DNA from: Macrostomum lignano
Taxonomy: Eukaryota
Assembly: GCA_002269645.1 (NCBI GenBank)
Contig: NIVC01000816.1
Coordinates: forward strand, 1 to 64,000
Direction: 5' to 3'
DNA: 64,000 bases
The notes beneath the pieces were generated by a model. The model was given only the letters and a program-made list of their open reading frames with translations, was not told the origin of the DNA and did no database searches. The translations under genes and the position numbers were made by a program. How positions within the stretch are numbered: position 1 is the first letter of the stretch; the number at the start of each line of letters is the position of its first letter. This document shows positions 44,150-57,900 of the stretch, one piece after another.

Positions 44150-46900
44150 GGAGCACTGCAGGTAGACTAGTATGGCTTGGTATTCAGGGCTGGCGTGTGC
44201 ACGTAATACTCTGTAATATTTACCGGACTCGGGTGGGGAAGCTCGCTGTACGGCTCTCTCCGTGGGGTGTGATTCACCGCCTCTCTGTCCCGCGCCTCCT
44301 GCCAGGGCAGCTCTCTGTCCCTCCGCGGGGGTGACTTACACACTGCCTCTCTGTCCCGCGCCGCGTGCTGCGACATGCCGGGTAGCGTCCTCTATCTCCT
44401 ACTGCCTCCACGCACTCTCTGTCCCCCTCCTGCTACAGGAGGGCTGGTTGCTCGCTGTACAGGGCAGCGTCAGCATCTGGGTTTCCTTCCTGCACCGTCT
44501 ACCCCACCACTATACTGACTAACCGCATGCACACGACATTGGTGGGAGGGGCGGAGTTCCCCACTGACGGGTGTACACCTACTCGACGCTGAAGGTACAC
44601 TTGCTGAACGCCCACCTTGTCAGATGTACACTTGCTGAACACCCATCCTGTCAGATGTACACTCGCTGGACGCCCACCCTGCCGGATGTACACCCCGGGT
44701 GACTAATTCGCTTACTTTTCTATTAAAATACTTGCCATTTATTATGTCTGCTTTTTATTCAATTTTATATGGTTTGAAGGTTTATTTTGCTGTAATACCT
44801 AGTTTCTTATAAAAATCTACTCTCGACGATGGTTGTGTTGGCTATTTCATTAAAATAACCTGCTTTTGAATAAAACGTTGTATTTAAGCCTCCAGTTTTT
44901 TTTCAAAATCATAATGGAAACCCTCCCGACACCCCTGGAACCTCCTCGAGCAGCTTACATAGAGCTTGCAGACCCTCGAAACCCCTCTAGTGTGCCCTGA
45001 TTTCAGCGGTCTAGAGGTTAACATCTGAATTTTTACACTATATTTTCCTTACATACAGCAATACAGGAGGGTCTGGAATAGTGAGTCTGGCGGGAGAGGG
45101 GGCTTGTGGGATGATGAGGATGTGTACACTGTTTAGCAGTTTTAGCCTACCTTTTGGGCTAATATGCTTACTATTATTACTACTATTATACCTACTATGT
45201 ACATACTATTATACTACCCACTATTAAATATGCGGCACTAAAACCAACTTTTGATAATACATAGCGTGTTTTGGTGGATTCTCCCTCACGTCTCTGTCCC
45301 TACACATGTGCTTTTTAGTATTCTCTGTTTGTGTACCTCTCTGTAACGTCTCTGTACGCTCAGACTGGTTTCTCCGTCCCCGCGCGCGCCTCTACTAAAG
45401 TTTGCTGTTACCTACCCCTACACACTGCTCTCTGTCTCCCTCCGCGCACACCTCTCTGCCCTTGCATGCAACTTGCATGTCTACTCCCCTGTCCTGCCCT
45501 CGCGTGGGTCCCTGTCTATACATAGCTACCAGACCCTACCTCTCTCTGTGCCTTGCTCGCAACTCTGTCCCAGGCCCCCCTTCATACTTCTCTGTCCCGG
45601 GCTGCAACTGGCTGACACGCGCCTCTCTGTTCCCCAGCCTGCGTGGCTGCCTACCCCTGCACACTGCTCTCTGTCCCCCTCCGCGCCTCTCTATCATCCT
45701 ATTCCTGCAGCTGACCGTGCCGTTCAGCTCTGTCCACGCACGGCTCCACCCCTGCCCGTGTCTCACTGTACCGCCCTGTGTGGCTCCCTTACCCTGCGCG
45801 TTTGCTCCCCATCTCCCTCCTGCTCGATATGTTTCTGTTCCCTCACACTACGCACACGTGGCTGGCTCTCTGTCCAAACACATCTCTGCTCCTCCACTCT
45901 ATCCTCGCGTGGCCCCTTGACGGTTCGCATGCCCCTGCATACCCTGCCTGCCTCTCTGTCCCCTGCAACTGGGGAGGGAGCTCTCTATCCTCTGTATGGC
46001 TTTCTCTGTGGGGTGTGTGTGACTCACACTACCTCTCTGTCCTAGCATGCGCCTCTCTATCCGGCTCCTGTAGCAGGCTGTGTTGTTCACATCTCTTTCC
46101 ACCCACCCTCTGCCCGTACACGCTCAGTGTACAGGGCTGCGTCAGCATCGGGGTTAAAACTTCTCGCTCCCTATGCTTCAACAGTATAATAACCTAGTGG
46201 CCGTCTCTCTGTCCACCCCCCCCCCTTTCTGCTCGTACACGCTCATTGTACAGGGCTGCGTCAGCGTTAGGGTTGAAACTTCTCGCTCTCTATGCTTCAA
46301 CAGTATAATAACCTAGTGGCCGTCTCTCTGTCCACCCCCCCTTTCTGCCCGTACACGCTCATTGTACAGGGCTGCGTCAGCGTTAGGGTTGAAACTTCTC
46401 GCTCCCTATACCCCACAACCGTGTAGTGTCCTAGTATGGGCGCGACCTGGGTTCGATTTCGCTAGTTGAGATGTAGGTGAGAGAGGGGAAGAGGCCCGTA
46501 TCGATGACTACATATCGGTGTACACACATATCGGGAGAGTGTACACTCGGGGCGCCTGCTGCATACATATCGGTGTACATATAGGGAGAGTGCGCATACA
46601 TATCGGGAGGGGCGCCTGAGGCGGGGAGGGCGCCTGCGGCATACATGTCGGGGGAGGGCGCGTGCGGCGGGGAGGGGCGCCTGCGGCATGGACGCCTGCT
46701 GCTCTGGAGGGTGCGCTTGGGATCTGATTGATTTGGGATCTGATTGATTTGGGATCTGATTGATTTGGGATCTGATTGATTTATTGGGATCTAATATCGG
46801 GAGGGTGCGCCTGCGGCGCTTGGCGCCACGCGCCTGCGGCGCGCGCGCGTGCCGAGCGCCGATATCGATACGGGTATCGATCACCTAGTGATCGGGGCGC
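44150..46900. repeat. Composite diverged repeat region of unknown class
   Basis: Recurrent CTCTCTGTCC motif, ~120-bp tandem units at 46100-46430, GGCGCCTGCGGC repeats, and a short (GATCTGATTGATTTGG)x4 array. Confidence 0.6.
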
Positions 46901-47849
46901 CAGCCAATGAGAGGCGAGGAGGGTTGACACCCACCCCACCTCCAAAATCAACGGATCTGCCGGCCCTTAGTAGTAAGCTCGATTAGCTCAAGTTCGTTGC
47001 AAGGTTTTATTGTTCCGGCGAACTGATAGCTTCAGTCTGTTGCAGGGAGGGGATCGGCTATCCTTCAATCAATTTGTTGAGCCAAAAATATATCACTTCA
47101 GCCGGATACCTGCGTTTCAGAATGAAAACTACATGTAGCAATCAGCGCCCCGTTGCTTACCGCCCCAACAGTCTGACGTCTTTCGTCCTCAAACTCGGCA
47201 ACGAAGAATGGAATATGAAAATTCAATAAACTACATGTAGCTTCTGACCGACATCTCAGCCATTTCCCCCCTTGACATCTTTGTCTAGAGTGACGGTTTA
47301 GACTGTTACTGCCTGGATTCTTTCATTCATGGTTTTTGCTAATAGAAAACTGAACCAATTGAGAAAATATATTTACAAACAGGAGCAAACTTTAATTCAC
47401 CTTTATCAGTTGATCAAGGCGAAATACAGTAAAAACCGCATGCACTTTACTGCTGCGGCGGCCATGCAGCTGCAGGATCAAGCACGGGCAGACAAGCGAG
47501 CGCCGACCTGTTGACGACAGGCGTGCCCGAAACCAAGCGAGGTTGGCGTCCTACACATGAATATTTCCGCTTCGGCGTGTTGCTGTCACGCTTGCTCATG
47601 TGGGTCTTTCGTGTGGCGCCAGTAGTACAAGATGACCATAGGTGCCGTTGGACAAGATGGATCAGGTGTTAAGTGACCAGGGAATTCGGATAACGATACT
47701 ATACGATACTATAATTCGTAATTATAGCGCTGGTATCAGAAAATGGAGTCATCGATAATCTGAAACCCAGCTTGAGCGTCATAATGCTGGTCCTGCAGTC
47801 AGGCAAGTCAACTACACGCATGACATCGCGTCGGTCCTCTCCGCAGTCT

Positions 47850-49936
47850 CTAGTTGAGCTCCTTGTCCACAATGAGCCCGCCAAGGCCGCTGCCAGCCCT
47901 AGACAGGCGGGCGATGAGTTTCCGCAGATCCCGGATGCCCGTCACCTGCTCGGTCAGGAACTCGGACTCGATGAAGCCCACCAGCTGAAATTTCAAGACT
48001 CGAGTATCAATTTTGTAGAGTGCACGTAGACATAGAGACATATACAGTTCTTTTCTGTTAAGCTGAAGGTGAGCTTTTTTGTAGCCAATGGAAGACTTAG
48101 ATAGAATTTTTAGTATATGGATAATAGTCTCTTGAAAAATGCTGACGCTGATGATTGGCTGGCTGGTGGTAGGGAGTTCGGGGCGGAGGTTGGGGGTGAG
48201 TCAGCTGGGGCTGAGCCAGCCAGCCAATCAGCGAGGTGCCTCACAGCGTAGCATTTTGGCTGGTGCTTTGTTGGCATTAGAACTATGCGTGAAGCCAAGA
48301 AGGCCCCAAATACATGAGAATGAATTTATCGATTTGACAGGAATGCACTCAATATTTGACAGGCTAGTTCAGTACCCAATCAGAGCGGCCATCTACAGTA
48401 AGGCTTACATGCGGGTCGCTCCCCATGTCGACGGCCCGATCTCGCAGTCTGTACAACTCCTGTGTGATGTTCCTCTCGACGTCAAGAGCCATTTTGGCTG
48501 CAGCAAGGGCGGAGGACCAGTCAAACTTGCCTGGAGGCTGCAACAAAGATACGTTTATGGGGCTACATTGAAGCTTTAAGCGGTAGTTTGAAAAATAAAT
48601 ATAAAACTGTTCTAATAACCGGGAACTGGGATCAGAGGATCAAGTGACCAGGGATCAGGTGACCAGGGGGTCAGTTAACCCTGGGGATCAGGTGACCAGG
48701 ATATTAGGTGACCAGGGGATCAGGTGACCAGAAGATCAGGTGACCAGGGATCAGGTGACTAGGGGATCAGGTGACCAGGGGGTCAGTTAACCCTGGGGAT
48801 CAGGTGACCAGGGGATCAGGTGACCAGGGGATCAGGTGACCAGGTGTTCGTGACAAGATGTTAGGTTACCAGGTGTTAGGTTACCAGGTGTTAGGTGACC
48901 AGGTGTTAGGTGACCAGGGGATCAGGTGACCAGGGGATCAGGTGACCAGGTGTTGGTGACAAGATGTTAGGTTACCAGGTGTTAGGTTACCAGGTGTTAG
49001 GTGACCAGGTGTTAGGTGACCAGGGGATCAGGTGACCAGGGGATCAGGTGACCAGGTGTTGGTGACAAGATGTTAGGTTACCAGGTGTTAGGTTACCAGG
49101 TGTTAGGTGACCAGGTGTTAGGTGACTAGGTGTGAAGTGGCTTGGTGAACAAGCACTCACAATAATCAGCTTCAGCTTGACGTGGCCGCCCCGCATGATG
49201 AGGTAGTCGATCAGTTTGTGCGCGCGCTCTTGCTGCTTGTCGGCGGCCTTCTTGAAAAAATTCTTGATGCAGGGAAGACCGACGCTGGGCCCGCCGAAGT
49301 AGTTGGCCTGCGGGCGTGGCGGTCGGCGAACTTGCGTTTTCAATTTGAGCTAGGAATTTGGATTGAATGAAACTGAGGGGTTCAACGGATAGAGTTTCAC
49401 ACGATGGCTAAGAGTTTCTTTTAACAAAATTATTGATAGAAAAGTTTCCATAAACTCTGAGCAAGTTAGAGGGTGGGCGTGAGCTCAAGGTACGCTCGTA
49501 CTCCCTGAGTAAGACGCTGTGCAGAGTTTAGCACGAATTAAGGTCGTTGGGTGGAGACCTTGGCAATGCGTGGGGTCAGGAAAAAGACTTACCATAGTCT
49601 CGTAGAGGTACATGGCGCTGAACTCTCTTTCGATCTGGTCGTTGATCATCGACACCGAGATGCTGCAGAGCCTCTGTCGAATGTCTGCGGATTGCGGGGT
49701 TCAGCAACGTGCATGGTTTATGGGCTCGTATTACCTGCTAGTAGCTTAAAATTTTGTCTGAAGATTTTGCAGCGCTGCAGTGGTTTAAGATATGGCTTCT
49801 CACTGTCTCTATTAGCCACTGCTTGACTTCTCAATACCCACCTGAGCATTATAAGTTAGTTATGCGCTTTACAGAGGTATTTTACAAGTTAGTCGATCTG
49901 ATTAGAGGCCAAAATTAAGCTTAAACTAGATTTAAT
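47850..49936 (-). pseudogene. Ferritin copy 2: signal exon dead, exons 3-5 still open
   Basis: The start ATG is changed to ATT (49934-49936). Exon 1 has a TAA in frame, and exon 2 has indels and an in-frame TGA. Downstream, 49649-49593, 49307-49161, 48537-48409 and 47984-47850 join in frame (155 aa from an internal Met). Confidence 0.75.
48640..49135. repeat. 15/16-bp minisatellite (GGATCAGGTGACCAGG / TGTTAGGTGACCAGG)n in ferritin-2 intron 3
   Basis: Directly visible; only a few degenerate units occur in the copy-1 intron. Confidence 0.92.
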
Positions 49937-50389
49937 TTTAGCTTCTTGACCTTATGAAATCAAAATACGCCAGGTCGTATGAAGGTCGCGATAGCCCAGA
50001 TCACAAGTAGCACCGAAGGCCGGACAACGGCAACTCACCGAGAGTCTCATCGTCGCCCTGCTGCATGGAGACAACAACCAGGTGCAGGAGAATCACTGAA
50101 AGCAGAAAGAACCGGGCCATTGTCGCTTCTGTTGGTTTTCTTTCGAAGAATCAGTCAATATAGCTTGGTAAAAGTTGAGTCTTTTAAAGGAAGGAAAAGC
50201 AACTTCCAAACTGACAGCCTATTCATATCGGCCGTCTTATCAGTAGGGCAAGAAATTTCAGGCCAGCACAGGAAACTTGTTACTCGTATCAACTTGGCCT
50301 CCGGTTGAATTCTAAATTTTGCTGGCTACTTTTTTACTTCTCACGGCTCTCTCTGACCCTGCCGGCCTTAGCTGACACCTATTGACTCT

Positions 50390-51455
50390 GCTGCAGGGCG
50401 CTCCGGGCATCCGGACACAGTGGGGTGGCGATTCCGCTAACCCCTTGGCGACCATGGGCAGCTGGTGCTGCGGTGTCGCGCAGGGACATCCGGTGGTGCC
50501 GGTGTCCGCAGTGCGGTCCCCCTCCGGAGACCCTAAAAAGGATATTTTCGGGCCTAAAAACCTCGGAGAGGTCCGGTTTTGGGCCGAGGTAGGTGAGCCT
50601 GTCCTGAGTAAAGGCGGGGCATTCACAGATGAAGTGCTCCGCATTCTCGACACCGGAGACGCAGAAAGGGCATTCTTCGCTACGGATTTTTTCCTGGAGG
50701 TGGCGATGCCTGGCAAAACAGCAATGACCCGAGAGGGCCATGGTCACCGCCCTGATGTCCCTGCGGCTGAGTCCAAGCAGGGTGCTGTGGAGGGCGGGGG
50801 AAGGACAGGGGAGATTTCTGGCAGTCGGGGGCATTCGTCCACATCTCCCTGTGCTTTGAAGCCACCCACTGGTTGATCAGAGCGCGTTGATCGCCACTGA
50901 ATGTTTGAGTGGAGGGTAATCTCCTTCCCCCAGACACGCTGATTGTACATCTCAATGGCGCAGGAGCTGATGGCGAGAACTTCGTTCTGAGAAACGGTGG
51001 AGCAGGTGCCGCGGTGTGCTGGGAGAAGGTCGCCGCAGTTCTCCCTCCAGATACGATGCAGTAGCCGTAGTCAGAGGCGGAGTTGATTTGGGACCCTGTA
51101 GTGTACGCCCCCTCTATGCCTTCACGCTATTCTCTGACTAGCTTTAGCCGGAGGTTCCACTTTCTAAAGGCGAACTGCTTCTGGATGAGGGCCACCCACG
51201 TCGAGCAGACGGCGGGTGGTCTTTACTGCCGCCCCTCTGACAAAGAGGTCACCGGGAAGGTCCAGAAAGGAGTTCATGCCAGCAAAGGGCGTAGAGGGAG
51301 TCGCGCTCAAGAAGCGCGGCCTTGCACCCTATTAGGAGCTTCAAGAAGCCCTTTCACCTCTAGGGCACTGTTCCAAATGTAGCCGGCAAAGGAGATGGCC
51401 GGTCTAACAATGGCAGTGTAAATCCACCTGAGGCGGCCCAAAACAACCTGATATT
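50390..51455 (-). mobile_element. Truncated, degenerate RNase H-bearing LINE (R1/LOA/I-group-like)
   Basis: RT C-terminus WIYTAIVRPAISFAGYIW; RNase H relic [14 protein letters not shown]; C-terminal zinc knuckle LSGHC...CPFCVSGVENAEHFICECPAF. Confidence 0.78.
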
Positions 51456-51464
51456 TCGGGTTTA

Positions 51465-51540
51465 TGATATTTCGGGTTTATGATATTTCGGGTTTATGAT
51501 ATTTCGCGTTTGTGATATCAATATTTCGGGTTTATGATGG
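51465..51540. repeat. 16-bp tandem repeat (TGATATTTCGGGTTTA)n
   Basis: Directly visible, about 4-5 copies. Confidence 0.85.
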
Positions 51541-51667
51541 CGACCCCATTTATCCTACTTGGAAAGAGGCACACATTTCTTGCCCCACATGCGCAGTCTA
51601 GTTATACTTATTAGTCTGTGCCTGGTCTGCATCCGGATTTTCTTGTGCCGGACAACATTGAAAATTG

Positions 51668-51965
51668 CACTTTCTGATCCACTCCACTGCGGCCCAAAAC
51701 AACCTGTTGGAACTTTCTGATCCACTCCACTGCGGCCCAAAACAACCTGTTGGAACTTTCTGATCCACTCCACTGCGGCCCAAAACAACCTGCTGGAACT
51801 TTCTGATCCACTCCACTGCGGCCCAAAACAACCTGCTGGAACTTTCTGATCCACTCCACTGCGGCCCAAAACAACCTGCTGGAACTTTCTGATCCACTCC
51901 ACTGCGGCCCAAAACAACCTGCTGGAACTTTCTGATCCACTCCACTGCAGCCCAAAACAACCTGT
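51668..51965. repeat. 43-bp tandem repeat (about 7 copies) within the piggyBac relic
   Basis: ACTTTCTGATCCACTCCACTGCGGCCCAAAACAACCTGCTGGA. Confidence 0.92.
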
Positions 51966-51989
51966 TGGGCCAGGATGCGCAGCAGCTGT

Positions 51990-54900
51990 CACTACGTATC
52001 GTGCAGATAGAGCTGGGTTTTGGAGGTGAGGTGGGTGTCAGAGCCAATGCAAATTCAACGCCTATCTAAATACATTAGACCGATTCTAATTGGTCCAGAG
52101 TCATTATGTGAGACATTTATACTCTCATGTAAAATCTATACATGTAATCAGTGTACACTGTATCGTACAGAAGCGACGACCAGTACAATATAGTACGCAT
52201 AATTAGCGCTTCACAGTTGTTGTACGTAGAAACGCGCGCCCCCATCCCCACACAATGCAGCATTGGTGTACGCAGAATTAACTGTCCATATTAACTGTCC
52301 ATATACCAAAAATTGACAGAATTAGAGCGCCCACCCCATAACTGTCCATATTATTACCTGTCCATATTTACTGTCCATCCCAAAATTGGTGTACGCGCAG
52401 AATTGTAGCGCCCGCCCACCCCATAACTGTCCATATTATTACTTGTCCATATTTACTGTCCATATACCAAAAATTGGCAGAATTGTAGCGTCCGCCCACC
52501 CCATAGCTGTTCGATCAAACCCAAACTTCGTGTACGCACAGAATTGTAGCGCCCACCCATCCAGAAAATATTCTGTCGCCTCCCACAATTAATTGGCGGC
52601 CCCACGCGGAGGCATGATGAGTCAGTCAGCCGCTGTAAATCGCCGCTATCCACTCTGTTATATCCACCCCTTCCATACTTCACTCTCTAGAATTCAGCCC
52701 TCGTCGTAGTATACAAAAACGCTATCCTAAGCGTGATATGGCAATATGTAGTTGTAATAATCCATGTGTTCATATATGTACATTAATTCCATGTACATTA
52801 ATCCCCATCTATCTCAAATTGGATATGTACATTAATTCCATATCCCAAATTGTCTATCCCCAATTCTATATGTACACTTACATTAATCTACAGTGTCATC
52901 CCCAGCGCGCGCGCACCAAAATTACATGTACAATACTACATGTACACAGAGGTGAGAATTACTAATCTCATCTACTACCAAATGAGTCAACATTCAAGTT
53001 TTAAAAACCACGTTATATACATATTCCTATTTATATGTCAATTATTCAAAACCTACATGTAGCGGATTACACTACTACCTTTAGTAGAGTTACAAATCAA
53101 GATTCTATTGAAAAAGACTGTATTCATATAGTTTTCACATTGGAAAAGCGTATATTTTCATTTCAATAATTGAAAAAGAGAGCAAAAACAGTAAGGAGAC
53201 AACAGCAAGTTGAGACTTAATTATAGCCTGTACTACCAAACCCTCCTGCACCGCGAATTGAGTGGGTGTGGGAGGCCTCCTCATCGCCATTCCCTCTAGT
53301 ATATCCTCACCCCTCGAAGCCCCTATACTGAATGTTGAATCACCCTTTAACTCGGACCATAGTCAAATTCAACCCTGTTCGAAAACAGCCACCCCTCCGA
53401 TGTTCACCAGACACAGCGCAGACCCCATAACAAATCGAGCTAAATTTTAACACTCGCCCCTGTTTTCTCTGTCCCCCCTTCTAAATGCCAAGGAATTTCG
53501 ACCCTCTCTCCATTTTCAGTGTACAGACAGACCTTTCCACAGCACAGACCATATATTAAACTTCAAAACCCCTCTCTTCTTCGATTACGTCATCCATGCC
53601 GCCCCAGTTAGCAAGAAACCAACTTTTAATGCACACATCAACCCCGCGAGCAAATCCGAGTCCGCCAACCTCTACCTGCATTGACAAACCCCAGCTGCAT
53701 TTGTAAATGTACACAGCCTATGTATGAATCAGTGTCTCCACCGCATGCAATTCTGATTTACTTGATCTAAACTTTGTAAATTGTATAAGTCACCCTTGCG
53801 TTATACTAGAAGTAGTGAAGTCCACATATTTAAATACGTGAGGCTATTCAATTCTGCCTCTCCGCATCCCCTACCTTCTCACTTCAAGCTTTCAGACTTG
53901 GTCTTTGAGACGGTCGGTTTAATCTGTTAGAAGCAGGAATGAATCATGCACTGACCTCTCCATACAAAGTAAAGTTGGAATTTCAGACAAGAAATTTGGT
54001 TATTTTAAAAGCTAAATGACTAGAAATGCACATTTTTTTCATTGAAATGCAGCTTTTTACAGTTTTTTTTACGATTTTAACCTTAAAATGCAGACTTTGT
54101 TGATCAAAATCAGTAGTTTCATCACTAGAAACCATACTTTCAACAGCTAATTTGTCCAAATGTCGCTTTCAACTTGACCTTAGACTGCTTTTAAGCAGGA
54201 ATGAACCCCACACAAACATCCACAAGCCAGCCCAAAATCATCCAAAGACATGGCTATTGAAGCCTAAATTGCTAGAAATGCGCATTTTTTCATAAGAAAA
54301 TACAAATTTTCACAGTTTTTATGCATTTTTACGTTAAAATGCAGACTTTATTGATCAAAATCAGTAGTTTCATCACTAGAAACCATACTTTCAGCAACTA
54401 ATTTGTCCAAATATCGCTTTCAACTTGACCTTAGACAGCTTTTAAGCAGGAATAAACCCCCACGAACATACACAAGCTAGCCCAAAATCATCCAAAGACG
54501 GCTGTTGAAGACTAAATTGCTAGAAATGAGCATTTTTTCATAAGAAAACACAAATTTTCACAGTTTTTACGCATTTTTTACGTTAAAATGCAGACTTTAT
54601 TGATCAAAATCAGTAATTCATCACTAAAAACCACAATTTTAACACAAAATTATCACAAATGCTACTTCTGGAACTCTGAGACAGCTTTGAGCAGGAATTA
54701 TAATCGCACATGGATTACCCGAGCCAGTCCAATATTCCACTGAAGCCAGGGTTTTTTAAAGCTGAATTGTTAGAATTGCTCATTCTTTCGTTTAATAAAT
54801 GACAATTTTCACAGTTTTATTATTTTCTAACGTTAAAATGCGAAATGTATTGGTCAAACTTAGTAGTTTCATCCCAAAAGCCATAATTTCAACCGCTAAT

Positions 54901-57900
54901 TTGTCCAAATGCTGATTCAAAGTTGGCAAGAGACAGCTTTCGAGCAGGAATGAGTCACACACTGATCTCCATATGCACACCCCGGCCCAAGTTGGAATTA
55001 AATGTGTCAAGTGTACAATTGATTCAATCGATTACTCGTTTATACGCAAAGCATCGAGAGAGTTTTTAATTGCATCCAAACTTTCTGACTAATGCCTTCG
55101 TGTGTTCCAAAGAAGGAGACACTGATTCATAGGGTGTGTACATTGACAAATGCAATTACAGCACGCAGGGTAGGGTTGGCTTTGGTAGACGCGCGGATTT
55201 GCTTGGTTCGCATTGTTCATATATGCGCATCGAATTTTTTTTCTTGCTAACTGCTTCTATGGGGATGTATAGATGACGTAATCAGAGATAGGGCTTTGGT
55301 TGGGGGAGGCTGGGTCCGTGCTGTGAAAAGATCTGCTTGCTTCGTCAAAATGTACATTGGGATTGAGAGAGAGGCCGGTCGAATTTCGTTGACAACTAGA
55401 AATGGAAAGGTTTGGTCAGAGAATAGGGGTGTATGTGTGTTTTGGCTTTATTCAAAATGGTCTGTGCTGCGAAGACGAGTCCATTGACCATTGGGTGTTT
55501 GCTGTTTTGCCAATTCAGTATACTGAACCTGTTAAACTGATTGCCTCATGAGTCACTTTTCTGGGGTATGTGTAGGAGAGAGAGGCCTGAGAGAGACAAG
55601 GGCTCGATTTGGGTGGGTCCTCTGGCCCCATTCGTATTGGCTAATTTGGCGAATTGGCAAATCTACTTGCATGGGTTAAATTATTGAATATGGTCAGAGT
55701 TGAAGAATTTAGAGGATGAATCAAGATGTAAAGTTGGCAAAAACAACACTGATTCACCACATCTAAAAGATGACTGCTAGGAGCTTCGGAAATAAGACTA
55801 CTGTACACAGCAGCATCAACAAAAGGTATTAAATTGTCAATCAAAATCGACCCGTAGATGTGCGATTTTGCATGGTTCACAGTGTTCATATGTGCATCGA
55901 AAAATTTTGTTTCTTGCTAACTGCTCCTATGGGGGAGGTGGATGACGTAATCAAGATAGGGTTTTGGTTGGAGGAGGCTCAATATATGAGTCTGTGCTGT
56001 GAAAATATCTGTTTGTACACTGAAATTGGAGAGGGAGGGTCGGAATTCCTTGACAGTTAGAAATGGTAAGGTCAGAGAGACAGGGACGAGTGGTTCTGTT
56101 CTACATGGGTCTGTGCTGTGAAGACGAGTCTAATGAACATTGTGTGTTGGCTGTTTTGCCAATTCAGTAATAAAACCTGTCCAGCTGATTGCCGCATGAG
56201 TCACTTTTCTCGGTGGGTGCAGAAGGAGAGAGAGAGGTCTGGGAGGGACAGTTTAAATGTCAATCGAAATCAACGGACCGCTTCGCAGACTGTATATGTT
56301 AAAATTATTATAGCTAGGTTTATAGCAAACTGTACGTTTTAACCCAATATTCAAGAATAATCCCTTCCCTGACTTCTTGAGGGGTATTACACGTACCAAA
56401 TACATACATTTGAATGATGAAACAGCATTAAGTTGTAAAAATTATGGTTTCTGCTGATGAAGTGATTAATTTTGTTCAATAAAGTCAGCATTTTAACGTT
56501 AAAAAAGAGTAAAAACTGTGAAAATTGACCTTTTTAAAACGAAAATGTGCAATTTCTAGTAATTTAGCTTTCAATGAAAATGTCTTGGGTGGAATTCCAA
56601 CTTGGGCCGGGGTGTGCATATGGAGATCAGTGTGTGACTCATTCCTGCTCGAAAGCTGTCTCTTGCCAACTTTGAATCAGCATTTGGACAAATTAGCGGT
56701 TGAAATTATGGCTTTTGGGATGAAACTACTAAGTTTGACCAATACATTTCGCATTTTAACGTTAGAAAATAATAAAACTGTGAAAATTGTCATTTATTAA
56801 ACGAAAGAATGAGCAATTCTAACAATTCAGCTTTAAAAAACCCTGGCTTCAGTGGAATATTGGACTGGCTCGGGTAATCCATGTGCGATTATAATTCCTG
56901 CTCAAAGCTGTCTCAGAGTTCCAGAAGTAGCATTTGTGATAATTTTGTGTTAAAATTGTGGTTTTTAGTGATGAATTACTGATTTTGATCAATAAAGTCT
57001 GCATTTTAACGTAAAAAATGCGTAAAAACTGTGAAAATTTGTGTTTTCTTATGAAAAAATGCTCATTTCTAGCAATTTAGTCTTCAACAGCCGTCTTTGG
57101 ATGATTTTGGGCTAGCTTGTGTATGTTCGTGGGGGGTTTATTCCTGCTTAAAAGCTGTCTAAGGTCAAGTTGAAAGCGATATTTGGACAAATTAGTTGCT
57201 GAAAGTATGGTTTCTAGTGATGAAACTACTGATTTTGATCAATAAAGTCTGCATTTTAACGTAAAAATGCATAAAAACTGTGAAAATTTGTATTTTCTTA
57301 TGAAAAAAATGCGCATTTCTAGCAATTTAGGCTTCAATAGCCATGTCTTTGGATGATTTTGGGCTGGCTTGTGGATGTTTGTGTGGGGTTCATTCCTGCT
57401 TAAAAGCAGTCTAAGGTCAAGTTGAAAGCGACATTTGGACAAATTAGCTGTTGAAAGTATGGTTTCTAGTGATGAAACTACTGATTTTGATCAACAAAGT
57501 CTGCATTTTAAGGTTAAAATCGTAAAAAAAACTGTAAAAAGCTGCATTTCAATGAAAAAAATGTGCATTTCTAGTCATTTAGCTTTTAAAATAACCAAAT
57601 TTCTTGTCTGAAATTCCAACTTTACTTTGTATGGAGAGGTCAGTGCATGATTCATTCCTGCTTCTAACAGATTAAACCGACCGTCTCAAAGACCAAGTCT
57701 GAAAGCTTGAAGTGAGAAGGTAGGGGATGCGGAGAGGCAGAATTGAATAGCCTCACGTATTTAAATATGTGGACTTCACTACTTCTAGTATAACGCAAGG
57801 GTGACTTATACAATTTACAAAGTTTAGATCAAGTAAATCAGAATTGCATGCGGTGGAGACACTGATTCATACATAGGCTGTGTACATTTACAAATGCAGC

